Both the position numbers and the translations under genes were made by a program. Positions 23,202 to 38,500 of a DNA stretch of 64,000 bases are shown one piece after another. The stretch is from Oopsacas minuta (taxonomy: Eukaryota > Animalia > Porifera). The stretch's first letter is position 1. Every line of letters begins with the position of its first letter. Location: NCBI GenBank assembly GCA_024704765.1, contig JAKMXF010000110.1, positions 744,001 through 808,000 on the forward strand, in the 5' to 3' direction. A model generated the notes under the pieces. The model was not told where the DNA came from, did no database searches, and saw only the letters and a program-made list of their open reading frames with translations.

Positions 23202-23549
23202 CAGTTTATTATGTTTATAGAACTGAATTGTTTTGAGATTATTATTAGATAATTCTTGAATAACTGCTAAGGTATAGGTTGTCCCTTCAGGCATGTATGC
23301 GACAAAGGTTGGCAAGTGTGTAAAAGAAATAATTTATCACCCGTCAACCTCCTATGCCAATTTAACACTTCTGTGTACCCCCTGCTTTCCTCGGTCGGGC
23401 ACCCCTGCAATATGTCTCGTATACTCCTGTAATTAACATTAAGTTGTATTAAGGGTGGAAACTCTCCCCATTAAGTATAAATATAGTATGGCATTCCCTT
23501 AACACCTCACACCACTCATGTATTGTATATCTTTAGTATAGTATAGCCA

Positions 23550-26500
23550 ATGAGTGATAAACCTACAACAGAACAGGTGTGTCAGCTGCTAGATGCGTTA
23601 TATCTACATGGATCTGATGAAGCTTCTAAATATCTAGTACAGATACAGGAATCTGTATGTTTGTATGTATATTTTCACACCTTTTATCACTATAATAGTT
23701 GTTACTCGTGTTTATTGTTTGTTTACTTTTTGTATCTTTGCTTGTTTATTCGTTTTATTTGTTTGTTGTTATTTGTTTATAAATTTGTTGTTTAGGTGTT
23801 TGGATGGGAGATAGCTGATAGTTTACTTAAACTTAATAGAAATGAGCATTCTTCATATTTTGCAGCATGTACTATGAGATATAAGGTTGTTAGTTATTTG
23901 TTTATTTGTTTATCTGTTTGTTTATTTGTTTATTTACTTGTTTATTTACTTTTCAGATCAAAGAACATTTTGACGAGATACCAGTAGAATCTCATAATGT
24001 GAGTATTACTCTCCGAATAATTGAGTCAAATATTTCTGTAAATATGTTTATTAACCCTTTAACCATGGATGGCGGGTTTTCTTGTTATTTAGAAATCATT
24101 CTCTCCAACCAAGCGAGGAATACATCAAAATGACATAGAACAACATCCATGGTTAAATAACTGATAAGCATATAAGGAGACCATTTTCGTCGTAGCAACC
24201 CCGAGGCTCTATATTGCTTTCTATAAATAGATGTAACTATATTTAGGCTCTCAAAGATTCCCTAATTACCAATATACTTAGTATGCCTGATGCTAATAAG
24301 ACCATTACAACGCAGGTGAGTAACCATGGATGATTATTTATGTATAGCAATGTTAGACACCTTTAATCATCTCCTCCCTCCCTGAGGGTGTATAAATACC
24401 AACGTGGTAACCATAGAAACTGGTGACATAACATATTTTCAACGTGATTATATGTCCCCCGTCCAAGAGTGCTAAAATATGAATAATCACTAATAACAAT
24501 GGATATGTATTCTGTGTTTGTAGCTAGGACTGGCTTTAGCTGATTTAGCTATAGTGTTACCCAGCTGGACTAATATTGTAGATGACTTCATTAACAAGTT
24601 AGTTACATGACGCATAGCTAGAGTATATACAGCACCATTGATAGAATAGGCTTGGAACTGACCTGTCCCGATTACTGTACTTATATTCTAATAGGTTTAG
24701 TACAGATCTATCATGTGTTCCATTCCTACTGACATTACTCACTCTACTTCCTGAAGAGGTAAGTATCGATATATCAGGAGTTGACTGTATACATATGTTC
24801 ACACCTTTTGCCCAATAACTCAAACCTATGCTAGAGATTTCCTTTGTTGCATATATATATACATATTGACACCTTTCCATACAGCTGATGTTTAATGATA
24901 CTTTACAAGTAAAGCAGTCTCGTTGGGAAGATTGCAAGAGATTACTAACTGATGACATCACTAAGATATTCCATTTATTAGTTAGTTACTAATTACTGAT
25001 GTTTGTATTGTTATTTGTTTATTAGTAATTAATTGTTATTTAGTCTATTTGTTTAGAAAAATTCCCTGACACTGAAACTATATTAATAAAGGTATTGTTA
25101 CCATACAATAGACTCAGCTTAATAGTATTACATCAGGTGTCTGTATTAATCCTATTAAGCTGAATATATTCTATTATTGTTGTTATTTGTATACATTAGA
25201 ACTCAGGTATGTACCCCTTGGTGATCCACGGAGGACAGTAGGGGGCCACCTGATCTATTGCAGTATTTTGGAGGGGGTACACGGTGAAATAGTTTGGGAA
25301 CTGCTGCCCTAAGGGTGTTGGCGTCTTATCAGAGTTCTACCTTAATACAAATGTTCTATAATTATTACAGATATAACCTTACAGGTATTTGATTGTATAG
25401 CTAGCTGGCTAACGCTAGGGAATCTTCCTATTGAAGAGTTATCTAAATCTCCTCTATTATTGCTACCCTTCCAAGCTGTGGTAAGCATGATATGTATTCC
25501 TTATATGTATATAGTTTAACCTCCTGGAGTAGCCTTCAGCTAACTCAATTTTTATGCAAATGAAGCTATGAAAGAGGAGAAATGTGGGATCAAATCTTGG
25601 GGGGGCCTATCTCCCTGTTCTGAGGTTTCACTCTATATATATATACTAACTGGAGTATGCTAGCATCGTGTCGGTGTCTCGTACTTACCCAATGTGTTTC
25701 ATATTCATATTATTATGCCTAATTATGATATTATCATAAAGACACAAGCTACCACATCAGAAGAGGTGTTTGAAGCAGCAGCTGATTGTATTAGCTCTCA
25801 GGCTTACTCTGTTGAGGTTAGTTATACATACCAAAGCTCTCTCTAGGATAACTACCAAATATCTTTTAGTATACTCCAGAATTTCAAACATTCAGTCAAC
25901 AGCTGAGTGAGAACATTATGTCTTTGAGACCTGTCTTCCAGGCCTGCCAGGAGGTTGATGACTTTGAGAGGTGAGTATTACTGTTTGTTTATTTGTTATA
26001 TTCCATAAGAATTGTTCTGTTGCTAGGTCTAAAAGTTTAGCTAAATGTTTTATGAGTTATCTCGATTCGTACCTCCCTTATATACTCAAAGATCCTGATT
26101 CTGTAAGTTGTTTATTTGACTGTTTGTTTGTTTGTTTGTTTGTTTGTTTGTTTACTTGTTTACCTGTCTTTAGGGGTTTGGAAGCGTATTGTCTTTAGAA
26201 TTATTAGTTGACTGTATTAATCATGGAAGTATAAAGGTTAGTAATCTGCATATGTACTATGCAACACCTCGTTAATACGAACACCAATAGACCGATAATT
26301 CCTATTACCTACCTCATCACCATAGAATACATTTGTTCTTAGATAGGAGAGATGACATTTGATATCTGGGATAACATGGCTGAACTCCTTGAGAGATATC
26401 ATGAATCAGAGATTACAGATCCTTATAAGCCTATATTCAGGAGTCTAATGATTGGTATGTGGAAGCTGTGTCAGTATGATAAAGACACTCAGTTAGTAAG

Positions 26501-29500
26501 TTATATTATAGTTCTGGTACTGGGGGCAGGGTGTGTAGAGCTGTTTCCCTAGTTATGTAGGTTACACTATAGACTTCTATATAATGCATCACCTGCTTAT
26601 TATCAGTTAACACTCTATTACACAGGACACTATCTTGAATGAGGATCATAACAGTGACTTCATAAGATTCAGGAGTGTTAGTGTATATGAATTAATGCAT
26701 GATGTCATGTGGATATATGGAGAATTGGATACATTCAAAGAGGTGAGCTAAATTGTTGTTTTGTTGTTGTTTGTTGTTTATTGTTTGTTTTACAGATGTT
26801 CCAGATATTGCTACGCAGTGAGAATACATGGACAGAATCGGAGAGTGCTCTGTTTATGATGCATATTGTAGCAGATGAACTCAGAGAGTGAGTACTTAGT
26901 TACCAGCTGGTGTATGGAATGATTGTATAATTACGTATGTGTCTACAGGAGTAAGTCTGAGTTGATCGGGCAATTGGTACGCACTCTCCTGTCCCTACAG
27001 GACAACTGTCATCCTCTGGTTAAGCGGTCTGCTATTAAGGTACTACATCATCTCTCTGACTGGATTAACTGTAACCAAGAACTCATAGGTTAGTATATCA
27101 CACCTCCATATAGGGGGTGACACTATATCAACATGGATACGGATATTACGTTCTGGTATTTATATCTTCATAGATATTCGTATGTGTCTTTATGATATTT
27201 CCAAGTGTGAACTCGTAGATTTAAATCATAAAATCTGTATACAAATATTAATAATATTAATAATATTAATAATATTAATAATATATTAATATTAATAATA
27301 TTATTAATATTTCTATTTTTAGCTATTATATCTACAGTTTTGTTATTATATACTTTTCTTATAAATATTTGCAATCTGTCATTTGCTAAACCCTACAAAC
27401 AACAAATTTCTGCCAGTAATAGCCACCTTATGGACCTAATATGAGGTATAGACCATTGAATTTAACTCTGTAAGTGTGGAATTCTACGGTATATTCTCTT
27501 GAATAATCAATTCTGTATTTATCGCTATGATTGATAGAAAAATTCTTACAATTATTTCTATTCTACCAACAACCTTAGAGCATATGAATAATCAAAAGTC
27601 ATTTAATGACAGTCATTGTAGGAAGTGGAAACACAAATTTACTCCAGTCTCTTGTAATGACTTTATAGAGGATCCACTTTATGTAATATTAAAGTTGTTA
27701 CGAATCTAATACTGTTTGTGGCCCATTTATTTACTCGACACAATTTTCACACCTTGTAAATGTGTAGGTTTTTAATTAAAGATTAATAATATAGTCAAAT
27801 CAGCTAAATTTATTCTTGTGACCGATTATGCAACTGGTCTGAGCTGAATAATCAATTCGTGTTGACAAAATCGAATCATTTTCTTAAAGAGTTCGTAGTC
27901 ATCAAATCCATAACCTGACACTTCTCCCTCTGTCTGTCTATCTATCCATTGAAGTACCTTATCCTCTGTCTGTCTATCTATCCATTGAAGTAACCTTACC
28001 CTCTCTCCTCCATTTATAGATCCTGTGCTCCGATTTATGATAACATCACTCAGAAATGATAGAATAAAATCAGCAGCTGCTGCTGGTATACAGGCTATAT
28101 GTTTCTCTTGTCAGGATAAAATACACCTGTCACACTTCGAGGGGTTATTCCAGGTAATTATTGATTTGTTTTGTTGTTATTTACCTGTGAATATTATTGT
28201 TTATTAATCAGATTTGTTTGTATTTTCATCGAATGTCTACCCGAATATTTTTCTGCCATATTATTGCATAACACTACGGTATGCTGAGAGTATCATTGAA
28301 TATTATTATTGCCGTAGCTAGAATTCTATAGTTATTTTCTAAATATCCAGATAATATCGCTCATGAATGTTTTCACATATCCGAGGGCTACAGGGGAGGA
28401 CTTCTCAGATTTCTAATCTTTTATTTAGGTATTACAGAGCGCAGAAGAACTCGGTCTAAGTAACGATTCTGTAGTTACAATACTAAAATCACTTGGATAC
28501 ATTATAAGCCATCAACCGCCAGATAAGTATGAGAGCTGTTTGAGTAATGTTGTAGCTCTACAAGTCAAGCCTCTACACCAGGTAACCTGTAGCTTATTGA
28601 TACGGACAGTCACCTCCTGTTATATCTAACACGGATATTTCTAAATACCCGCGTATATCGAAGTGTGAATTGTACAAACCGTCAAAGTAACATACATTCC
28701 ATCAGTCATATCTGAGTAATTATCAGAGGCCCTTTGAGCTTAAATATTACAGAATTTATTGTATTTGTTTTGAGTTTTAAAAATGAGTTCGTTTACATTT
28801 CTAAATATTTTTAGATTTTTGTAACAAAATATACATACCCATATAGGGTAGTGATGAATTTGTTTTAACAAGTCTTGTAATGTTTTCTATCCGCCAGCGA
28901 TTATCCACTGAATTACGGTAATAGCACCTGCTAATACGTGATATGATTCTAATAATAAAAGGTAGATTTGTTATAACTTCTATTGACGATAATACCTTAC
29001 ATTACTCTTCATTATAATTATTATCCTCTGAACTCTGAGCTAAATATAACCTAACACAGATTAGGTTGCAGTTTGTTGGCTTAAGAATTGTAAAGCTATA
29101 AATTCGAGATTGGTAAGATAGAATACAAATTGTAAATATGTTATCCTTCAGAAGACAGATTCAAAGACAACAAAGCTGTCAAGCATGTTTGACCTTAACT
29201 TTATCATTAAAGCAATATAGTTCAGATAAATCTAAACTAACGAGTGACATTTTAAGTTTACAGAATACTCTTATACAACTTAAACAGGACGTTAAGATTC
29301 TTAGAATTGAGAATATTTCTGCTGAAACTGGACTCAGAGAGAGTGCTAAGCAATGGCAGCGTCCAGAGAATAGTTTTTATTTTACAACTATTGACGATGA
29401 CTACGAACTTCCAAAATCTTCTTTGTCCATTGGATCTAGACCACCGCTTGTCCGCCCAAGGAAATCCAGATTTATCCCTGAAGTATCGATTGAGCGTCCC

Positions 29501-32500
29501 CAATCACCCCCCAGAGATGTGAGCATAGATATACCTGTTATATCTGTTATACCTGAAGAAGATCCAGATGAATTCTACATACCAATAGGACAACTCGGTT
29601 GTGAGGTTTGTAAGAGTCTACTGTGTCAAATCAGAAGAGAGATAGGAGAGTTAAAGTTAATGAGTAAATCTTTAACTGTGAAGAGAGAAGAGATAGCTGA
29701 TTATCAGAAGCAAGCTGATGAGTTGGAAAGAAGTAAACATGAACTGAAACGACAAATTACCAAACAGAGTAATAACAGTCAGATTAAAGTGGGACCAGAA
29801 CTGTTTAGTCCTAGTTCCTATGATTTCTACACTTCACAGAGTTCAATTGACCCCTACACACCCCAATGGGAACATCCCAATGGGTCTGGAATGGACAGGG
29901 AGTACTCTGACCATCCAGAGCCAACTGGTGATACATTTTCTGTCCTGTTATCTGATTATAAAGCGGGACAAGATCAGCTGAGGCAATTACTAGCTAATCA
30001 AGACACTATAGTTAAGCAAATGTGTGAATTGTACTATAATAGAACTGGTGACAGTTCTTATGGTAGTAGTTAATTCTGTTATTATTATTATTTGTACAAA
30101 GAATGCTAACTTAATTAAGAATATAATATATTACACAACCATATGAGTAATGTTAAAATTTTAAAGTTAATAATTCGTGAATTATACAAAAGTGTCCTAG
30201 CCTCCACCCTTTATAGCAAAAAATGGAATTTTATGCCTTCCGCTCTTGAATAATAAATGGAGCAGATCAGGTCCCGTTCCTGAAATAGGAGTGCTCCTTA
30301 GTTCCATATATGCTTCTTGTCACTTCGGGAAATTACTAACTACAAATCTATAGTTGAGAAACTTAGAAACCTTAGTCAGACAAAACCTGACCTGTCAGGC
30401 CTGTAATCATATCTTATATTGGATATTAATTGTGGAAAGGCCATTTATGAATATTTCCAACTAGCCTTACAGTTCACTATCATATCATACTATATATGGA
30501 AATATTTATAACTAGCTTGTTTCTACAGCTGATTGTATGAATATGATTAGTTATCTCCCAAACATATACTGCATTTCTGTCTTGAGGTGTTAACTATAGA
30601 AAGATTTGACTGTTATTATTCTATTTTTAGATTATTGTAACACCAGCCACAACTATACCTGTTACTGGTACGAAAAATGATCCGTGTATTTGGCTGGACA
30701 GACTCTCATCTATATTCAGGTGTTGTTTTGTTTGTTTATATGATTATTTATACGGATACAGCTTAGCTAGTATGCTACAATATTAATTCTTATTGTTTAT
30801 AGAAGCTCAGTTGCTCATTTCCAAGACGTACATCCTGCGGCTTCTATTGTAAAAGAGGTGAGTACTGATTACATTCATTTAACCATGGGTACTTTCACCT
30901 AGGGCTGTCTTAGGATCTGGAAACCCAGGCCAAATGGTCCGTTTGACTTTGTTGTATGCAACTCTCACCATACACAGTGATATGGTTTATAATACATATC
31001 ATACTATTACATTCCTATAATCTCTCTGCATTCTTAATAGACACTTTAAGCTCCATGTTTACTAGTACTATACCCAATATATTATCTAAGATATATATCT
31101 TGCAAATAAATAGAACAATATTTGTACGCAAAATGGCTGAAGTAACAAACAAACTGGTGGATATCGGTAAAGTAGATAAGCTATATAATGGAGTAGTTAT
31201 TGACTTACAAAGGCATGAAATTCCCACTCAACAATTCGAATTCCTTCTACCACAAGCTGTTGCTAAGTGGCAGTCAGACAAGAGACGAGGTATTCATATT
31301 ATGATACCTATAACACAATCAGAACTGATTCCAATAGCAGTACGTAATCAGTTCACATTCCATCATTCTCATCCTAGTTACCTGAAGTTGGTAAGATGGT
31401 TACCTGTAGATGAACCTAATCTCCTACCTGGGTATGCTACACATTACATAGGTGTTGGGGGAGTAGTAGTAAATAACAATAACGAGGTGTTAGCTGTTAG
31501 AGAGAAGTTCCACTTACTTCCTGGACAGCCTATAAACTGGAAGTTCCCGGGGGGACATGCGAATGCTGGAGAGAGTATCGTAACAGCAGGAATCAGAGAA
31601 GTCTTGGAGGAAACAGGTATAAAATGTGAATTCCGTTCTCTCCTGTGTTTCAGACATACCTTCAATTACAAATATGGTTGTGATGATTTATACTATATTA
31701 TATGGTATCACGCTTTGACTCATGATATCACATCAGATCCCCATGAAATAGCTGAGTGTAAATGGATTCCAATTGCAGAATACGTTGCTATGCTGACGGA
31801 CACAACTAGATTGAATAGGTATGCTGTAGAATGCTATATTAAGCTACAGGAGAAAGGAACGAGTGGGCGTGGGGGTATTGATATGTTCCATATGCCACAC
31901 CCTGTGCCTGCCAGAGGGACTACTGATGTATACGGGTTTGTACCCGTAGGGGACGAGACTACACCCCATAAGTTATGAACTCTATCATATATACCTATTG
32001 TCTTATTTGTTAGAGTATAATTCTATTGGTTGCATTCAGTATATTAACATGTGTTATTCTGTATGTTGTTAACCAATAAGATTCTATTGTTTATTATTAT
32101 GTATTCGTTAGTTAGGTTAAATACAATAATATTTTATTTATGTTTGTTTGTTTGTTTGTTTGTTTTAGTTATGGCCTTTATTTGCACAAGTTCTAGAGAA
32201 GTACCAACTGGAGTCCCGTGTTACGGAGAGAGCCTGTAGGTATTGTCACTTAATTTATGTGTTTTATAAATGATAATTATCCGTTTAGGAATGTAAATAG
32301 ATTATGGAATATCATTTTATTTTCTGAGCTTGGATGTCTGGAATAATTGCTATATATCTATTATAATTTTAGATCACTGAGATTTATGCTGAGATGTGTA
32401 CAGACCTCTGTTCCTGAAGTTCTACCACCTCTCATTACTATTGTGAGTTAATGTTTGATAATATGTTGTTCTCTTGTTTGTTATTTTGTTTAGATTCTGA

Positions 32501-35500
32501 ATCTGTTTACAACAAACAAACACTCCTGTTTCCTGTATCTTGGTTCTATCATAATAGATGAGTATGGAGGTGTTACTCAATGCCATCAGATACTCACAGA
32601 GATGTTTACTGTATGTACATAGAAATATTCCAATAGTAGAGGGCTATTGTTTATTTAAATTTACTTATGATTATTTCTGTGTTTAGACATTTGTACATCC
32701 TTGCTTTGAGGTGTTCAGTGAGGAAAAAGGTATCATAAACTCACCAGACACTGTAGATGACTTCTTCAGGTTATGTGGAAGGTAAGAATGATCTACTTAA
32801 TAATTATATTATAATGTGACTACAGTCAACTCCCGTCATATTGAAATACCAGCTTAGCATATCTAAGTATTATCGCGGCCCCTTGAGCTTTGATATTACG
32901 GGAGTTGGTTGCAGATTATAATACTCATGCAATATCAGCAAGAAATTATGATACTCTAACACTCACTATAATATATATATATCATACACAAAGGGGAAAT
33001 ACAATAGCTAGCAGATTACAAACTGCACTGAATGAGCATTAATTAAGTCCTCCTCAATTGTTTGGATCTGGAGTTTTCTCCTCGATTGTTGGATCTGGAG
33101 TTTTCTCCTCGATTGGTGGCAGAAAGATCTCTTCGCTTGAAGTCATACGGCGTATAATTTCACTGTTCGTACTCTTCAGATCTTCAATCTCAGATTTAAG
33201 TTCTGTTCTATCACTTTGCAGAGCAGCTACTTGATTCTTTAACATAACCTCATCATTTCGTATTTCTACTCGCAATCCTGATGGCATGAAAACATTCTGT
33301 GTTAAGTGAGGGTCCCTGAACCTGTAGTAGACAGGGGGGAGTCCTGTAATGCTAGCTGTTAGAATCACAGTTATTAGTATTAATACTGGGAGTACTGCTC
33401 GTTTAGTGACGTAATCTTGTATAAGGAAGAATGATAGAATCAGCACTAGAGTGAATATAGTCATGTTGTACATTGTCCATGTGATTGTCCCCCAGTACTG
33501 GAGGCTCTTAATCTTAACATTCCTAAGGTTATATGCCATCACTAAGCCGATTAATACTATGAAAATTTTGTATATGATTAGCAAACCAATGAATACGTCG
33601 CTTGCGATTACTTGTTGAGCAGAAATACCACATTGTATTACACTTATAAATGGAGTGATGTCTGAACCAGCGGGTAGAACTTCAGATTTCATAACAAGAG
33701 AGCTAACTAATGACCAGATTATCACGAAAATAATATCAACACAGGTGAACAATAATGGCCAAGCAAACTGGACAAGTAATCGCACCTTTTGACCCAAATC
33801 GAATCTTAGTTTTACTGCAAGCAAATATATCAAGCTAGCTTTCCCAATCATTCCACCGAAAATCAAACTAGATGCAACCAACAGGAGACTAACAGGTAAC
33901 ATGCATAAGAGCTTACAGTTTGCTGTTTCGCATACCTCCGTGGTAGCTGGTTCTCCTTCGATGTTACCCATGAATCCCGAGTTATCATGTTCAACTATTC
34001 TATCATTAGTTACATAGAATACTCCAGCTAGTATCAGGAGATAGTTTCCAGTTAGGATGATGCAAGTGAGTATCGGAGAGGAGTTTTTGATTGATTCCAG
34101 CTTTTGGAATTTCCCAACTATTATCACTACTATGAGAATTGTGACGTATGCTACTATACAGAATGATAACAGGATTCCTATGGATATGATAGCTATATGT
34201 ACGTGTGTATTCTCAATCCCGTCTGTAGCTGCTTCTACATTGAAGTACATGTAATCTTCTTGAATACACATGATTTGATTTATGGTATCATCTGTGTAGT
34301 TCTCATAATATGGAATGTTCTCACATTCTCCACGTCTGATAAGGCTCCCGTTCACAAACTCGAGTACCTGCACTCGATCATAGAACCTCTCATGGCCATA
34401 GAATTCAACTTTTCCACTCCAACCTATGAAATTTTGCTTCAACATACCAGTGTATACAGCGTTTGAGTAGTCACTGTCTTCACTGAAGTAGATACTATTT
34501 GCTTGGAGAATATTTTCCTGTGATATTTCTGTTAGGTTCATTCCAGTATTCACAGTATCTTGTAAGGCTAGAGCTAATGTCCATATTGAATCATACACAT
34601 ACGCATCATGTCGATCAGATTCCTTCTCAAACCTCACTATATCATCACCTATTCTACTTAGGGCAAGACTTTTATACTCTTGGTATATTTCAGCTGTTGA
34701 CTTGTTTACTATATTTGGCTGCTCGTTATCTTCGGTCTCTCCTCTAAAGTTGTTTTCGCTATGTGCTCCCAGGAAACCCAAAGCTCCATTTGAAATCTCT
34801 GCTACTTGTTCTGCAGTACAACCAACCTCATCTAAGACATCTTGCTTCTTGTGCCACTGATCTGTGAACCATCCAAGGAATATCCAAGTAGCTATTGGGG
34901 GTAGTAGATAGTTTTCTCCTTTTTTGTGTAGCTCACAAAATATTTTTATAGCAGCATCTTCGTACATATTAGCGATTATTATTCTGTACCCGTTGCCTCT
35001 GAGGTTGTCTGCTATTGTACTGACCTGTTGTTCCAGTGGTAAGGTCCCATCTGGAGCGAAGTCTTCTACCCTGTAATCTACATTCAATTTATCCAGTACT
35101 GTCTCCATGAAGTGAGAGCTAGCTACGAATATCGGATCCTGTTCGTTTATAATGGCTACTCGTTTCCAGTTGTTTTGCTGGATGAACCTCGCACGAGCAG
35201 GGACTGCATTCAAATCTGAAGGCACACCTCGGACGAATTTGGGATACAAATTCCTATTCCCCAGGTTTGGGGCTGTTGAAGCATACGCGATCTGTGCCAG
35301 TCCGTACCGATATGAGAGAGCTGCTACTTGACTAGTGGCTACTGCACATCCTCCCCCAAACACAGCCATGTATGTTTTCGTTTGATATCCCAGAGCATCC
35401 ACGAATTCTTTGAGAGCTATCCCTCCGTTACATTCCGTATTCTTCCAGTCTATCACTAGCTCGTAATCAGTGAGAATTGTTCCATTTTGCTGTATATGTT

Positions 35501-38500
35501 TGAGAGCTAATTCAGCACTGTATTCTACGAACGGTTCTGTCCATCCATTCCCGCTTTTTGGGTACAATCCTAATATATCTAATCTCTGTTTGCAGATTGC
35601 TACCTGTATGTATATACAGAGTACTGCAGTTAATGATAACAGTGGTATCTTCATGACCGAGTTTAATTACTCTTTATTATGCTTGGATCTTAGTAAATCT
35701 GTTTAAATATTCATCTGCAACTTCTACATACTTATAATTAATCCTCAGTCTAGTTTACATATTTATCTCTAATTTACATATACACCTAAATATGTAAAAT
35801 ATTCTCGTGATAGCTCTCTTATGGCATAATATTCGGTATTAATTCTTTGCCAGGTATAATATTTCTCAATTAGTCACTAACATTTTGTGCTCGAATTTGG
35901 GGATTTTGGTACACTTCACAACAGTGATAATGTTATGATATTTTATGATATTTTATGATATTTATTCACTTAATACTCCTACGTGTAAATTTAATTCTTT
36001 ATATATATATCAGTGTGTATAATCAATCCACATATTTCCAATACTCCACATAGTATTTACTTTTGCAGACTAATATGGTAGATAACCCATTCTAAATTTC
36101 TGTTAATATTTAAGTAATACAAATCACTGAATTAGGATTGTTTACGTGTAATATTCCACACAATATTCATTAAAATAATTTTTCAATGTAAATCACTGAT
36201 TAGAATCAAATTATCCAAGCACAGAGTTATACGAATCTTATTAATCACTTGGATGATGATGCACAGTATATAGAATATGAGAGATAGATCGAGCCTTGTG
36301 TTAGAAGGCACGTCGCTATCTCATATCGGTATGGATTATCGCTTATAAGCTTCAACTGCCTCACATATAGGTGATGAGAACATTAACAAATAGTTATAGG
36401 AGTACACATTAAAATTGGTCCCATATGTTTCCTATCCTCCCTTAATATTCTATTAATTGTGTGTGAATCATTTGTTTATTTGATAAGGAGCAGGAATTAA
36501 TATAAGTACAAATATCAAACTATTACATTAATCAGTAAACATATAACAAACACTATCAGTATTATCTTTATCAATTTGTATTTGCAAATTCATTAACAAA
36601 TGTGTCTGCACTCGGCCCACTATCTTTAGTGAATTTATCACTTTTCAGGATCTCCATCTCTGTCTCGAGTTGATTCATATCTCTCTGTAGAGCAGTTACT
36701 TGTTCCTTGAGCATTATTTCATCTTGTACTATTCCACCCCTTAACCCTGGTAAGTGAGATTTCTCTTTCAATAGATGAGGATCTCTGACCCTGTAGTAGA
36801 CAGGAGGGAGTCCTGTAATATTAGCTGTTATGAATACTGTAAGTAATACAAGTGCAAATATTACTGCCCGTTTAGCTACGTAATCTTGTATCAGGAAGAA
36901 TGATAGAATCAGCACTAGAGTGAATATAGTCATGTTGTAGGTAGTCCATGTAATTGTACCCCAGTACCTGAGACTGTTTTTCTTAACATTCCTAAGGTTG
37001 TATGCCATCACTAAGCCGATTAATACTATTCCGCCTTTGTATATGATTAGGAAACCAATGAATACATTGCTCACAATTACTTGTTGAGTTGAAATACCAC
37101 ATTGTATGACACGTATGAATGGAGTGATGTCTGAACCAGTGGGTAGAACATCAGATTCCATAACTAGAGAACTCACTAATGACCAGATTATCACGAAAAT
37201 AATATCAACACAGGTGAACAATAATGGCCAAGCAAACTGGACAAGTAATCGCACCTTTTGACCCAAATCGAATCTTAGTTTTACTGCAAGCAAATATATC
37301 AAGCTAGCTTTCCCAATCATTCCACCGAAAATCAAACTAGATGCAACCAACAGGAGACTAACAGGTAACATGCATAAGAGCTTACAGTTTGCTGTTTCGC
37401 ATACCTCCGTGGTAGCTGGTTCTCCTTCGATGTTACCCATGAATCCCGAGTTATCATGTTCAACTATTCTATCATTAGTTACATAGAATACTCCAGCTAG
37501 TATCAGGAGATAGTTTCCAGTTAGGATGATGCAAGTGAGTATCGGAGAGGAGTTTTTGATTGATTCCAGCTTTTGGAATTTCCCAACTATTATCACTACT
37601 ATGAGAATTGTGACGTATGCTACTATACAGAATGATAACAGGATTCCTATGGATATGATAGCTATATGTACGTGTGTATTCTCAATCCCATCTGTAGCTG
37701 CTTCTACATTGAAGTACATGTAATCTTCTTGAATACACATGATTTGATTTATGGTATCATCTGTGTAGTTCTCATAATATGGAATGTTCTCACATTCTCC
37801 ACGTCTGATAAGGCTCCCATTCACAAACTCTACAATCTGCACTCGATCATAGAACCTCTCATGGCCATAGAATTCAACTTTTCCACTCCAACCTATGAAA
37901 TTTTGCTTCAACATACCAGTGTATACAGCGTTTGAGTAGTCACTGTCTTCACTGAAGTAGATACTATTTGCTTGGAGAATATTTTCCTGTGATATTTCTG
38001 TTAGGTTCATTCCAGTATTCACAGTATCTTGTAAGGCTAGAGCTAATGTCCATATTGAATCATACACATACGCATCATGGTGATCAGATTCCTTCTCAAA
38101 CCTCATTATATCATCACCTATTCTACTTAGGGCAAGACTTTTATACTCTTGGTATATTTCAGCTGTTGACTTGTTTACTATGGTTAGCTGCTCGTTATCT
38201 TCGGTCTCTCCTCTAAAGTTGTTTTCGCTATGTATTACTCGGAAACCCAAAGCTCCATTCGAGATCTCTGCTACTTGTTCTGCAGTACAACCAACCTCAT
38301 CTAAGACATCTTGCTTCTTGTGCCACTGATCTGTGAACCATCCAAGGAATATCCAAGTAGCTATTGGGGGTAGTAGATAGTTTTCTTTTCGTGTATACAG
38401 CTTACAGAGTATTTTTATAGCTGCATCTTCGTACATATTAGCGATTATTACTCTATACCCTCTGAGGTTGTCTGCTATTGTACTGACCTGTTGGTCCAAT

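Noticed and set aside
25201-25306. GC-richer open stretch that looks like a TNPO3 exon
   Set aside because: It has a hAT-type terminus and matches other dispersed copies.
30956-31132. 59-aa N-terminal extension of the Nudix ORF
   Set aside because: It is AT-rich intron-like sequence upstream of the first plausible ATG at 31133.
36275-36326. Imperfect ~52-nt hairpin between the GPCRs (miRNA candidate)
   Set aside because: It is short and bulged with no supporting evidence. In a MITE-rich genome a decayed element is more likely.
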